63,925 nucleotides of DNA from an uncultured Opitutaceae bacterium (GCA_964429385.1 CAYSBR010000022.1:1-63925), one strand, 5' to 3'. Counted from the stretch's first letter, positions 30,958-40,146 are shown. Numbers and translations are program-made. Notes: a model not told the origin generated them from the letters alone.

Positions 30958-32004
30958 ATGGACCTCCGCTCCCACCTCCACGCCGGCCACGTCATCCCCG
31001 CCCAGCCGCTCGCGCTGGACGCCCGGCGCACGTTCTCCGAGCGCCATCAACGCGCCATCACGCGCTACTACCTCGACGCCGGGGTGGGCGGGCTGGCGGT
31101 GGGGGTGCACTCCACGCAGTTCGAGATCCGCGAGCCGCGGCACGGTCTGTTCAAGCCGGTGCTTGAGCTGGCCGCGCGCACCATTGACGAGGAGCTGGCG
31201 CGGCGGCCGCGCCCCTTCATCAAGATCGCCGGCATCTGCGGCCCCACCGCGCAGGCGCTGCAGGAGGCGGAGACGGCGCTCGGTTACGGTTATCAGGCCG
31301 GTCTGCTTAGCCTGTCGGCGTTCAAGAACGACACCGAAGAGGCGATGATCGCGCATTGCCGCCGCGTGGCGGAGGTGATTCCGGTGATCGGCTTTTATCT
31401 GCAACCCGCGGCGGGCGGGCGCCTGCTCGGCTATTCCTTCTGGCGGCGCTTCGCCGAGATTCCGAACGTCATTGCGATCAAGCTCGCGCCCTTCAACCGC
31501 TACCAGACGATTGATGTGGTGCGCGCGGTGGCCGAGGCGGGGCGGGATGACATCATCCTCTACACGGGCAACGACGACAGCATCGTCGTGGATCTCTTCA
31601 CGCCGTTCACCTTCGATGTGGGCGGCAAAAAAGTCACGCGGCGCATCGCCGGCGGCCTGCTCGGCCACTGGGGTGTATGGACGCGCGCGGCGGTGCGGTT
31701 GCTCGATGAGATCAAGACCGCGCGGCAGAGTGCGCAACTCGACGCGCGGTGGCTCGACACGGCGATCGCCGTGACCGACATGAACGCGGCGCTGTTCGAT
31801 GCGGCGAACAAGTTTGCCGGCTGCATCCCCGGGATTCTGGAAATCCTGCGCCGGCAGGGGCTGGTGCCCTCCGTCCATTGTCTGAACCCGCACGAAGTGC
31901 TGTCACCGGGGCAGGCGGAGGAGCTCGACCGGGTGTGCCGGGCCTATCCGCATCTGATTGACGATGATTTCGTGGCGGCCAACCGCGACAAGTGGCTGAA
32001 TTAA
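30958..32004 (+). CDS. DHDPS/NanA-family (class I aldolase) protein
   Basis: 348 aa; (beta/alpha)8 pattern, candidate Schiff-base Lys in VIAIKLAPF; start overlaps the previous stop by 1 nt spacing. Confidence 0.55.
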   Translation: MDLRSHLHAGHVIPAQPLALDARRTFSERHQRAITRYYLDAGVGGLAVGVHSTQFEIREPRHGLFKPVLELAARTIDEELARRPRPFIKIAGICGPTAQALQEAETALGYGYQAGLLSLSAFKNDTEEAMIAHCRRVAEVIPVIGFYLQPAAGGRLLGYSFWRRFAEIPNVIAIKLAPFNRYQTIDVVRAVAEAGRDDIILYTGNDDSIVVDLFTPFTFDVGGKKVTRRIAGGLLGHWGVWTRAAVRLLDEIKTARQSAQLDARWLDTAIAVTDMNAALFDAANKFAGCIPGILEILRRQGLVPSVHCLNPHEVLSPGQAEELDRVCRAYPHLIDDDFVAANRDKWLN

Positions 32005-32080
32005 GCCATGAGTCTTATAATCGGCCATTCCGATCGGGGCGAAACTGCTGAACTGCAGGCGGCTGGATTCGAACTGGTAG

Positions 32081-32146
32081 GGCCCGACCTCCGGGCGGGC
32101 CGATCATGGGTGCGTTGCGTTTTCCGGTCCGCCCGGAGGTCGGACC
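32081..32146. other. Long near-perfect inverted repeat (21-bp arms ggcccgacctccgggcgggcc / ggtccgcccggaggtcggacc, 24-nt loop) in intergenic region
   Basis: Seen directly; between DHDPS-like and M20 genes; possible terminator/attenuator or REP. Confidence 0.6.
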
Positions 32147-32208
32147 TTACCCAAAACGGTTTTGGAGCGTTCCGGTGACGCTGTAATTCAAAATCATCTT
32201 AGCCTCGA

Positions 32209-33363
32209 ATGACAGCCGCCCATAATTTCCCCGCGCCAACCTCCTGCGAGGAGTTGCTCACGCAGATGGTGGCGCACGACACGGTGAACCCGCTGTTCGG
32301 CGGCCCAGCCGGCGGTGAGGCGGCCTTGGTCGCGCATCTGGAAAAACTCGCGCTGGGCTGGGGCTTGCAGGCGCGCCGCTGCCCCGTGCCGGCGGGCGGG
32401 GAGAACCTGCTCATCACCTGCGCGGTGTCGGCGTCGGCGCCCTGGCTGATCTTTGAGAGCCACCTCGATACGGTGAGCGTGGCCGGAATGACGGTGGATC
32501 CGTTCCGCGCGACCATGGCGGAAGGCCGCCTCCACGGTCGCGGCACCTGCGATACCAAGGGCTCGGGCGCGGCGATGTTCTGGGCCTTGCGGGAATACGC
32601 GCGCGGCGCGGCGCGTCCGCACAATGTCGGGTTGCTGTTCGCCCTGGATGAGGAGGCCCGGATGACGGGCGCGCAGGCCTTTGCCGCGCGGGAGCTGAAG
32701 GAGTTTCTGCCGCGGTTGCGCGGCCTGATCGTGGGCGAGCCGACGATGCTCCGGCCGGTGACCGCTTCCAACGGAGTCATCCGCTGGAAAACCATCACGC
32801 GCGGCCGGGCGGCCCATTCATCCGTCCCCGCCAACGGGCAGTCCGCCCTCTCGGCGATGCTGCGGGTGGTGTCGGCGCTGGAGTCTCGCTATGTGCCGAC
32901 GGTCACGAAGAGTCATCCGATGACCGGGCGCGCGGCGATGAGTGTGAATGTCATCCGCGGTGGCGCGCAGGTGAACATCATCCCCGATTATTGCGAGATC
33001 GAGTGCGACCGGCGCACGGTGCCGGGTGAGACGACGGCGCAGGTGCTGGCGGAGCGCGATGCCGTGCTGGCGGGGCTGACGGTCGAGCACAGCGACCTGT
33101 ATGTGGCCCCGGCGATGGGGGACGAACTTTCCCGCGGGGTGCTGGCCCGTTTGCAACAGGTGTTGCAGGCGCACGGACTCGACGGCACCGCGCAAGGGGC
33201 GCCCTATGTCACCGATGCGAGCCACTACGGCGCGGCGGGCGCGCCGACCATTGTGCTCGGCCCCGGCGACATCGCGCAGGCCCACACGAAGGACGAGTGG
33301 GTGGCGTGCGAACAGCTGGCGCTGGCGGTTGCCGTTTATGGCGGGCTGATGCGCGCGGAATGA
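32209..33363 (+). CDS. M20-family metallopeptidase / deacylase (ArgE/DapE-like)
   Basis: 384 aa; HLDTV, GTCDTKG, EE...GEPT metal-binding blocks of M20/ArgE. Confidence 0.8.
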   Translation: MTAAHNFPAPTSCEELLTQMVAHDTVNPLFGGPAGGEAALVAHLEKLALGWGLQARRCPVPAGGENLLITCAVSASAPWLIFESHLDTVSVAGMTVDPFRATMAEGRLHGRGTCDTKGSGAAMFWALREYARGAARPHNVGLLFALDEEARMTGAQAFAARELKEFLPRLRGLIVGEPTMLRPVTASNGVIRWKTITRGRAAHSSVPANGQSALSAMLRVVSALESRYVPTVTKSHPMTGRAAMSVNVIRGGAQVNIIPDYCEIECDRRTVPGETTAQVLAERDAVLAGLTVEHSDLYVAPAMGDELSRGVLARLQQVLQAHGLDGTAQGAPYVTDASHYGAAGAPTIVLGPGDIAQAHTKDEWVACEQLALAVAVYGGLMRAE

Positions 33364-33367
33364 GCGG

Positions 33368-34618
33368 GTGTCGTGGCCGATGAATCCCGCCGTCTCCGCC
33401 CAACGCGATCTGGATACCGCCCTGGCGGCTTTGCGCGTTGGAGAAAAGGGTGACCTGGCCGCCTGGTTGCGCGCGCATCTTTTCGGTCATGTGCTGCCTT
33501 TCTGGGAGCGGCATGCCTTCGATCCGCAGGGCGGACTCTGCACCTGCATCAGCGATGCCGGGGAAATTCTGAGCCACGACAAGTGGCTCTGGAGCCAGTG
33601 GCGGGCGGTGTGGGTTTTTGCCCGCATCTACAATACGCTGGACCGCAATCCCGTCTGGCTGGAGCGCGCCCGGGGGCTGGCGGAATTCTGTCTGCGTCAT
33701 GGCTGGGATGAGGACGCGCAGGCCTGGTCGCTCCTGCTGGCGCGCGACGGTCGCGTGCTGCGCGGCTGCGAGAGCATCTATGTGGACGCCTTTGCGGTGT
33801 ATGGCCTCGGCGAACTTTATCGCGCGACCGGGGAGCCCGCCTTCCGGCAGTGGGCGGTGCGCACGGCGGATGCGGTGTACACGCGGCTTGGGCAGCCTTA
33901 CGACCGGTTGCCGCATTTTCCCTATCCGATCCCCGCGGGAGCCAAGCCGCAGGGCATCCCGATGATGTGGTCGCTGAAGTTTGCCGAACTCGGGACGATC
34001 CTTGGCGAGGCGCGCTACCTGGAGGCGGCGCGGCGGCTGGCGGACGAGATCTTTACGCATCACTACGATCCCGGGGCGGATCTGGTGCGGGAATTCGTGC
34101 GGCAGGAGGGCGGGCGTTACGCCGGACCGGAAGGCAAGGTCGTGGTGCCGGGGCATGTCATCGAGAACATGTGGTTTCAGCTCGATGTGCTGGCGCAGGC
34201 GGGTGGTGATCCGGCGCGGGGCGCGGCCGCGCACCGGCTGACGCTGCGTCATCTCGACCTCGGCTGGGACCACGCGCACGGCGGCCTGCGGCTGGCGGTA
34301 AACGACGATGGCAGCGAGCCGGTGGCGTGGAACTTCGCCGACACGAAACTCTGGTGGCCGCACACGGAGATTCTCATTTCCGTCCTGCGCGGCTGGAAGG
34401 ACACCGGGCGCGCGGAGTTTCTGGGCTGGTATGAAAAGGTGTGGCGGCTCTGTCTCGGGCATTACGTGGACTGGACGCACGGCGAGTGGCGGCAAAAACT
34501 GAACCGCGATCTCACGCCGATGAGCGGCGTCGTGGCGCTGCCGGTGAAAGATCCTTTCCACCTGCCGCGCAGCCTCATCCTGCAGATCGAGCTGCTGGAG
34601 CGTCGACCCCCGGCCTGA
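33368..34618 (+). CDS. N-acylglucosamine 2-epimerase (AGE)-family (alpha/alpha)6 isomerase
   Basis: 416 aa; AGE-family blocks (LWSQWRAVWVFARIY, HVIENMWFQLD, WWPHTE). Confidence 0.75.
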   Translation: MSWPMNPAVSAQRDLDTALAALRVGEKGDLAAWLRAHLFGHVLPFWERHAFDPQGGLCTCISDAGEILSHDKWLWSQWRAVWVFARIYNTLDRNPVWLERARGLAEFCLRHGWDEDAQAWSLLLARDGRVLRGCESIYVDAFAVYGLGELYRATGEPAFRQWAVRTADAVYTRLGQPYDRLPHFPYPIPAGAKPQGIPMMWSLKFAELGTILGEARYLEAARRLADEIFTHHYDPGADLVREFVRQEGGRYAGPEGKVVVPGHVIENMWFQLDVLAQAGGDPARGAAAHRLTLRHLDLGWDHAHGGLRLAVNDDGSEPVAWNFADTKLWWPHTEILISVLRGWKDTGRAEFLGWYEKVWRLCLGHYVDWTHGEWRQKLNRDLTPMSGVVALPVKDPFHLPRSLILQIELLERRPPA

Positions 34619-34682
34619 GCAAAGGGCTGTCCTCCCGTTCTTCCTGTTGGATGGAGTGAGTCAAAAACAGAATGAAGAACAA

Positions 34683-34760
34683 GGTGGGCCGTGCGCTCCG
34701 CGCGCGGCAGGGAGGTGGTCCCCTCTTTCAAACCGCCGCGCGCGGAGCGCACGGCCCACC
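34683..34760. repeat. REP/MITE-like palindromic element, copy 3
   Basis: Same arms/loop as copies 1, 2, 5. Confidence 0.85.
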
Positions 34761-34809
34761 CTGAAAAGCGTTTCATGCCGATGGCCCGATTTAGCCACCG
34801 ATCGCTCCG

Positions 34810-34893
34810 CCACGGATGCGCCGCGGTGCACAGGGGCTTGCTCGCCTTTGGCGAGTCGGGCCCTGCCTTCCGTCACTGCTTCGGGTGATTCTC
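34810..34893 (+). repeat. Repeat module B, copy 2
   Basis: ~90% identical to 22815..22899. Confidence 0.8.
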
Positions 34894-35010
34894 AATAATC
34901 CGTGCCTAGCGGTGTAATCCGCGGCAGAAAATTCAGCGCCTCCTGTCCACGCGGTTTCAATCCCAAGCGGGGGCGGCCTCGGAGAATTCAAACTGTCGCC
35001 GACGGCAGGA

Positions 35011-36309
35011 TCAGTCGCGGGGGTAGTCGGGCCAGATGTCGCGGAGGATGTCCACGCGCTGGGCGAAATTGACCATCACGCTGGAGGGGGCGCGGACGAT
35101 TTTGCCGGTGTCGAAGGAGACGGTGCCGATGATGTTGCCCGCGTTGAGGATAGCGACGATCTCTCCCTTGGCGTTGAAGATGGGGCTGCCGCTGGCGCCG
35201 CCGGTGGCGCCCAGGCTGTGCTGCACGAGCAGGCGTTTTTCGTAGGAGGCCTGGGCCAGCCAGAAGTCGGTGGCGGAGGTGACGATGCCGGACTGCATCG
35301 TGGCGACGGGGCTGCGCACTTCCACGCCGCCGCCGGCCATGCCTTCCATCGGGAAGCCGAGGTAGCCGATGCGATAGCCTGAATCGAGCTTCTCCAGTTC
35401 GGCGCGTTTCGCGACCTTGAAGATCCGGGGCGCGCTTTCATCCGTGTGCAGCAGGCCGACATCGTAGGCTGCGACGGCGGGCTGCTTGCCCTCGAAGTTC
35501 AGCTCCGTCTTTTCATAACGCGGATGCACGACCGCCCGGGTGATGCGGATTTTTTTGTCGGGGTTGCGGTTGATGACGATGTAGGCGGAGCCGCCGTTCT
35601 GGATCACCTCAAGGACCGGTTTGGAGACGTGGGAATTGGTGGCGAAGACGCGCGGCCCCACGGCCCAGGCGGTGGCCATCGGCGTGGGCTGGCCGTTGGA
35701 GATATTGGGATGCACGATGACGACCAGGCCGACGGCGTCGGAGTAATCCTGCGCGACCTGGGCGAGGGCTTTTTCAGGCGCGGGTTGGAGGAAGCTGAGT
35801 TTGTCGCGGAAGAACCAGCCGGCGGCGGCGAGCAGCACGACGAGCACGGCGACGATGGCGATCACCGGGCCGGCTCCGCCGGACTTCGGGGCGGGGGCCG
35901 CGGGTGATTCCACGGGTGCGGGGGCGGGCTGGGCGGCGACGGGAGGAGGCGCGGCCCGGGTGGCGGCCGGGGCGGGGGTGGCCGTCGCGACGGGCGCGGC
36001 GGGGCCCGCAAAATCCACCCGGACCTTCGGGCCGCCGCGGCCCAGCTCCAGCACGGCGCCGGGGGCGAGTTTTTCCTGCGCGACCTTGCGGTCAGCAATG
36101 AAGAGGCCGGCCTTGCTCTGGTCCTTGATCCACCAGGCGCCGCCGCGGTGCTCCATCACGAGATGCCGGCCGGACACGGTCTTGTCCCACGTGGCGTCGA
36201 AGCGCAGGTCGCAGCCGGCTTCGGTGCCGAGCGCGATGCTGTCCTGATCGAGGGTGAGCGTCTTGTTGCGGTCGAAACCGGTGAGGCGGGTCAGGGTGAT
36301 GGAGGGCAT
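35011..36309 (-). CDS. FHA domain - single TM - trypsin-like (S1/DegP-type) serine protease fusion protein
   Basis: N-terminal FHA (IALGTEAGCDLRF...VSGRHLVMEHRGGAWWIKDQSKAGLF), Pro/Ala-rich linker, TM (VIAIVAVLVVLLAAAGWFF), protease domain with His (TNSHV), Asp (DVGLL) and Ser (GASGSPIF); ATG 36309. Confidence 0.75.
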   Translation of the reverse strand: MPSITLTRLTGFDRNKTLTLDQDSIALGTEAGCDLRFDATWDKTVSGRHLVMEHRGGAWWIKDQSKAGLFIADRKVAQEKLAPGAVLELGRGGPKVRVDFAGPAAPVATATPAPAATRAAPPPVAAQPAPAPVESPAAPAPKSGGAGPVIAIVAVLVVLLAAAGWFFRDKLSFLQPAPEKALAQVAQDYSDAVGLVVIVHPNISNGQPTPMATAWAVGPRVFATNSHVSKPVLEVIQNGGSAYIVINRNPDKKIRITRAVVHPRYEKTELNFEGKQPAVAAYDVGLLHTDESAPRIFKVAKRAELEKLDSGYRIGYLGFPMEGMAGGGVEVRSPVATMQSGIVTSATDFWLAQASYEKRLLVQHSLGATGGASGSPIFNAKGEIVAILNAGNIIGTVSFDTGKIVRAPSSVMVNFAQRVDILRDIWPDYPRD

Positions 36310-36335
36310 AAGGAAAAGATGGACTCCGATTGTCG

Positions 36336-36350
36336 GCAGGATACGTGCCA
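36336..36350 (-). promoter_or_regulatory. Putative sigma-54 promoter (TGGCAC-gtatc-CTGC, minus strand) for the FHA-protease gene
   Basis: Reverse complement of 36336..36350; correct spacing; -12 CTGC (3/4); ~27 nt before ATG 36309. Confidence 0.45.
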
Positions 36351-36413
36351 GAAGCAAATTGGGCACGCAAGTCTCTTGCCCTCGGAATGTAGCGCAGAGA
36401 ATAGCCTTTTCGC

Positions 36414-36428
36414 TGGCACGAGATTTGC
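36414..36428 (+). promoter_or_regulatory. Sigma-54 promoter, perfect consensus TGGCAC-gagat-TTGC(CA), 50 bp upstream of STK1
   Basis: Exact match to -24/-12 consensus. Confidence 0.75.
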
Positions 36429-36477
36429 CACAACGAAGGCAGCCAGTGGTACTGTCCCAGCTTTCATTTCTTTCCGC

Positions 36478-38322
36478 ATGAACGATCTCGATTTTGGTGA
36501 AACCCTCAAAGGCTTCAGCCCCGGCCAGAAAGCTTTCAATCGCTACACGCTGAAGAAAATCCTGGGTCGCGGCGGGATGGGGATCGTGTGGCTGGGGCGG
36601 GACGAGGAGTTGGAGCGCGACGTGGCGCTGAAGTTCCTGCCGGAAGTGGTGGCCTTGGACAAAGAGGCGATCCGCGACCTCAAGCGAGAGACGCGGCGCT
36701 CGCTGGAGCTGACACACCCGCACATCGTGCGGATCTACGACTTTGTGCAGGATGCCCGCATGGCGGCGATCTCGATGGAATACGTGGCCGGGGATACCTT
36801 GGCCTCGCGGAAGGTGGATCACCCGGAAGGCCGGTTTGAAGTGGAGGAGCTGAAAGCATGGACGGGGCAGTTGCTGGAAGCGCTGGCCTACGCGCACGGG
36901 AAGGCGGAAGTGGTGCACCGGGACCTGAAACCGGCGAACCTGATGGTGGACGCACGGGGCGACCTTAAAGTGGCGGACTTCGGGATCGCGGCGAGTGTGA
37001 GCGACTCGGCCTCACGGGTCTCGGCGCAGGCGGGGACGAGCGGGACGCCGGTGTATATGAGCCCGCAGCAGATGATGGGGGAGAAACCGGCGGTGACGGA
37101 TGACATTTATGCGCTGGGGGCGACACTCTACGACCTGCTGACGGGGAAGCCGCCGTTCCACGCGGGAAATATCATTTTGCAGGTGCAGAACAAAGTGCCG
37201 CCGACGCTCACGGAGCGGCGGGCGGAGCTAGGGGTGAAGGCGGGAGCGATTCCGGCGGAGTGGGAAGAGACAATCGTGGCGTGCCTAGCAAAGGAGCCGG
37301 GCGCCCGCCCGCAGAGCGCGGCCGAAATGGCGGAGCGATTGGGGTTAACCACGAAGGATACAAAGAGCGCGAAGCGCATACAAGTTGAAGCAGGAGAATC
37401 GGGGGCCGAAGGCAGGGCGAAGCCGCCGGCTGAGCCGGTTCCCCAAGCCAAAATCGAAAAGCCAAAATCGAAGATTTCACCGCTGGCGCTCGCTGCCGGC
37501 GTGCTGCTGCTTGCGGGGGCGGGCTATTACTTCGGTTATTATGCACCCGCGCAGAAGCGTCAGACTCCGGAGGTGATTGAGCGGGAGAAAATGGAGGTGA
37601 GCGGTGGTCGTGCGGCCTACGATGTGACGCCTGATTTGATCAAGGGCCTCGGCCCCGGCGATGACATCACGCCCGTGCCAGTGGACGAGCGTCATGCGAC
37701 GGATGATGGCGGTCTTTATTATGCCGTGGCCATCAACGACCGCGCGCTCATGGCCCAGCGGCTGGCCGCCGGGGCCAACCCGCTGGAGGGCGGATTCATT
37801 AGCTCCATTTACGGCATCGGCATCGGTGCTCCGCTGCAAGCGGCCTTGCGGGATGGTCGCTTCCTGCTCGTCCGCGAATTGCTGCGGCGCAGCCCCAAGC
37901 CTGACCCGCAGGAGTGGAGGACGGTGGATGGGTACCGGATGAGCTTTGCGACGGCCTGCGGCACCGGCAACTGGGATATGATCCAGTTGTTCCTTGATTT
38001 TCACCCGGTCGAGTGGGAACTCGATGCCTGGCTTGGGCTGCTTGAGACCAAGAAGCCGGAACTGCTTGAGCGCGCTGTGAGGGCAGGCGCCGATCCTAAT
38101 TACCGTGACAATCGTTCAGGTGCGACGCCCCTGCATAAAGCAGCGGCGGATGGGTTTAATGATGCGGCCATGCTTCGCGCATTCATAAACTTGGGCGCGG
38201 ATATTAAAGCGAAAGACAAGAGCGGCAAACTCCCGTTCGACTTGCTGAGCGCCGATGCTCCCGCCGAGATCCGGCGGCTGCTCACACCGGCCGGTGGTCA
38301 AACAATGGGGGCTGGCCGTTAA
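36478..38322 (+). CDS. Hanks-type Ser/Thr protein kinase with TM segment and C-terminal ankyrin repeats (STK1)
   Basis: Kinase subdomains: GRGGMGIVW, VALKFLP, HRDLKPANLM, DFGIA, SPQQ(APE-like); TM ISPLALAAGVLLLAGAGYYF; C-term ANK (GATPLHKAAADGFNDAAMLRAFINLGADIKAKDKSGKLP). Confidence 0.9.
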   Translation: MNDLDFGETLKGFSPGQKAFNRYTLKKILGRGGMGIVWLGRDEELERDVALKFLPEVVALDKEAIRDLKRETRRSLELTHPHIVRIYDFVQDARMAAISMEYVAGDTLASRKVDHPEGRFEVEELKAWTGQLLEALAYAHGKAEVVHRDLKPANLMVDARGDLKVADFGIAASVSDSASRVSAQAGTSGTPVYMSPQQMMGEKPAVTDDIYALGATLYDLLTGKPPFHAGNIILQVQNKVPPTLTERRAELGVKAGAIPAEWEETIVACLAKEPGARPQSAAEMAERLGLTTKDTKSAKRIQVEAGESGAEGRAKPPAEPVPQAKIEKPKSKISPLALAAGVLLLAGAGYYFGYYAPAQKRQTPEVIEREKMEVSGGRAAYDVTPDLIKGLGPGDDITPVPVDERHATDDGGLYYAVAINDRALMAQRLAAGANPLEGGFISSIYGIGIGAPLQAALRDGRFLLVRELLRRSPKPDPQEWRTVDGYRMSFATACGTGNWDMIQLFLDFHPVEWELDAWLGLLETKKPELLERAVRAGADPNYRDNRSGATPLHKAAADGFNDAAMLRAFINLGADIKAKDKSGKLPFDLLSADAPAEIRRLLTPAGGQTMGAGR

Positions 38323-38339
38323 TGCTAGTTTGGATGAAG

Positions 38340-38386
38340 CGCCCGGAATGCCCTTCATCTTCTCCAACCGCCACGCGCGGAGCGCA
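38340..38386. repeat. Truncated copy (loop + right arm only) of the REP/MITE-like element, copy 4
   Basis: cttcatcttctccaaccgccacgcgcggagcgcacggtccac matches loop/right arm of copy 5. Confidence 0.6.
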
Positions 38387-38415
38387 CGGTCCACTTGTTG
38401 AGCAAGGAACAGGGG

Positions 38416-40059
38416 TTATGGTTCCAGCTTCACGCGCCAGGTGCGGGCGCCGAGGCGGAGTTGCTGGCCGGTGGCGAGGGGGGCGATCTCGCCGGGGCGG
38501 AGGGTGAGGCGATCCACTTGCACGGCACTGTTGGCGACAAGGGTCTCGATCCAGAAACAGCCGCGGTAGTGGTGGAAGCGGCCCTGGACTTCGGCCAGGG
38601 TCGGGTCGGAGGTCATTACAATGGCGTTGGAGCGGCTGGTGCCGAAGGTGCCGTCGGTGTGCAGCCAGACGGCGTTGAGCGGCTGGGCCTCCGGGGGGAC
38701 GACCTCGAAGCGCACGGCGCCGCGCAAGAGCGGGGGCGTCGCGGGCGGGCCGGCCCATTGCCGGGCGTTGCTGATCACGGGGTCGCTTTCCACGCCGGGG
38801 GGCACGCGGTCGAAATCCACCTCGATGGCGCCGGCGAGCAGCAGCCGCCCCTGGCGCGGCAGCTGGGTGCCGTTTTCATCGAGCGGCACGCCGTCGAAGA
38901 GGCTGCCGTTGGCGCTGGCGTTGTCGCGGAGGAGGATGCCGTCGGGGGTGATCTCGGCGATGGCGTGGACTTTGCTCACGCGTTTGGTCTTGTCGTCGTT
39001 GGCCGGGTTGCGCGGGAGCAGCCAGGAGACGAAGTCGGCCTCGGCCCGGCCGCGGCCGAGGCTGAAGCGGGGCCGGGCGACGAGGCGGAAGGGCAGCGGA
39101 GAGACGTAGGCGCCGACCGCCTCCAGCGTGCAAAGCCCGGCGGGCTGCACGGTGGCGAGCAGGGCGGAAGGCAGGTGCAGGCTGGAGGCGTGCGTGGCGG
39201 CGCGGAAACCGGAGTCGTGGCGGCTCACCTCGTAGTCGAGATCGAGGGCGATGCGCTGGAAATTCTCCGGCAGGTCGAGGTCGAGCAGGTCGTTGACGGA
39301 CTTGATCGCACCCTTGGCGATGAGATTGCTGATCTGCACATCGCCGTATTCCGCGCCGAGGGCCTGGTTGGCGCCGCCGCCGGTGTTGCTCTGAATATCG
39401 CTGATGTTGATGACGATGTTGGAATTGTCGGGCGCCTTGTAGAGGCGGAGCGGGTGCTGGCCGCGGTAGGCCAGTCGCTGGCCAGCCTGGTCCCAGGCGG
39501 CGGCGATCTGGATGACAAAATGACCGGCGCGCGCAGCCTCGACTTCGAGGAGGAGATCGGTGCGGCTGCCGGCGCCGAGCCGGCGGACGCGGGAGAGGGC
39601 TTCGCCGGCCAGTCCGCGCGAGCTGACATACAGCTCCAGGTTTTCGATGGCGGCGGCGGATTCGTTTTCCGCGCGGAAGACGAGGGTGCCGGCGTGGCCG
39701 GCCACGAGGGCGTGCGGGAGGTTGAGTTCCAGCACGAGCGGGCTCGGGTCGTCGTTGCCGGTTGGTTGCGACGGCGCAGACGCAGGGGGGCGGACGATGG
39801 GCGGCGGCGGAGCCGGGGGCGCTTCAGGGACCGCAGGAGTAGGCGGCGCCGGATGGGCCGGCGTGCTCAGGGTGGCGGGGGGCGGGTTGGCCTCCGCCTC
39901 CGTTTCAGAATGCGGCCGGCTGGAGCTGCGCGACACCGCAGTCGCCTGCAAGGGGGAGGTTTCCTCCACCGGGTCAACCGGGGTGGCGGTGCCGCAGGCC
40001 GGGCAGAAGCGGCTTTTGGGGGTGAGGGGAGTCTGGCAGGCGGGACAGAAGCGTGGCAT
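38416..40059 (-). CDS. Zinc-ribbon - Pro-rich linker - central domain - tandem FHA-domain protein
   Basis: N-term MPRFCPACQTPLTPKSRFCPACG (double Zn ribbon); C-terminal region with two FHA-like modules (FSLGRGRAEADFV...ITPDGILLRDNASANGSLFDGVPL and GTSRSNAIVMTSDP...GCFWIETLVANSAVQVD); alternative start 40083. Confidence 0.65.
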   Translation of the reverse strand: MPRFCPACQTPLTPKSRFCPACGTATPVDPVEETSPLQATAVSRSSSRPHSETEAEANPPPATLSTPAHPAPPTPAVPEAPPAPPPPIVRPPASAPSQPTGNDDPSPLVLELNLPHALVAGHAGTLVFRAENESAAAIENLELYVSSRGLAGEALSRVRRLGAGSRTDLLLEVEAARAGHFVIQIAAAWDQAGQRLAYRGQHPLRLYKAPDNSNIVINISDIQSNTGGGANQALGAEYGDVQISNLIAKGAIKSVNDLLDLDLPENFQRIALDLDYEVSRHDSGFRAATHASSLHLPSALLATVQPAGLCTLEAVGAYVSPLPFRLVARPRFSLGRGRAEADFVSWLLPRNPANDDKTKRVSKVHAIAEITPDGILLRDNASANGSLFDGVPLDENGTQLPRQGRLLLAGAIEVDFDRVPPGVESDPVISNARQWAGPPATPPLLRGAVRFEVVPPEAQPLNAVWLHTDGTFGTSRSNAIVMTSDPTLAEVQGRFHHYRGCFWIETLVANSAVQVDRLTLRPGEIAPLATGQQLRLGARTWRVKLEP

Positions 40060-40146
40060 GGCGGTCTCTCCGGCATAAGCCATACCAGTTGGGGAGAAAA
40101 TTCCAGCATCCTTTCCACCAATGATTTTTGGATTTCGGCTCGCGGT

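Noticed and set aside
32060-32080. tRNA-like fragment (ggattcgaactgg)
   Set aside because: It resembles half a T-arm only. No acceptor stem or anticodon arm could be assembled, so it is not a tRNA gene.
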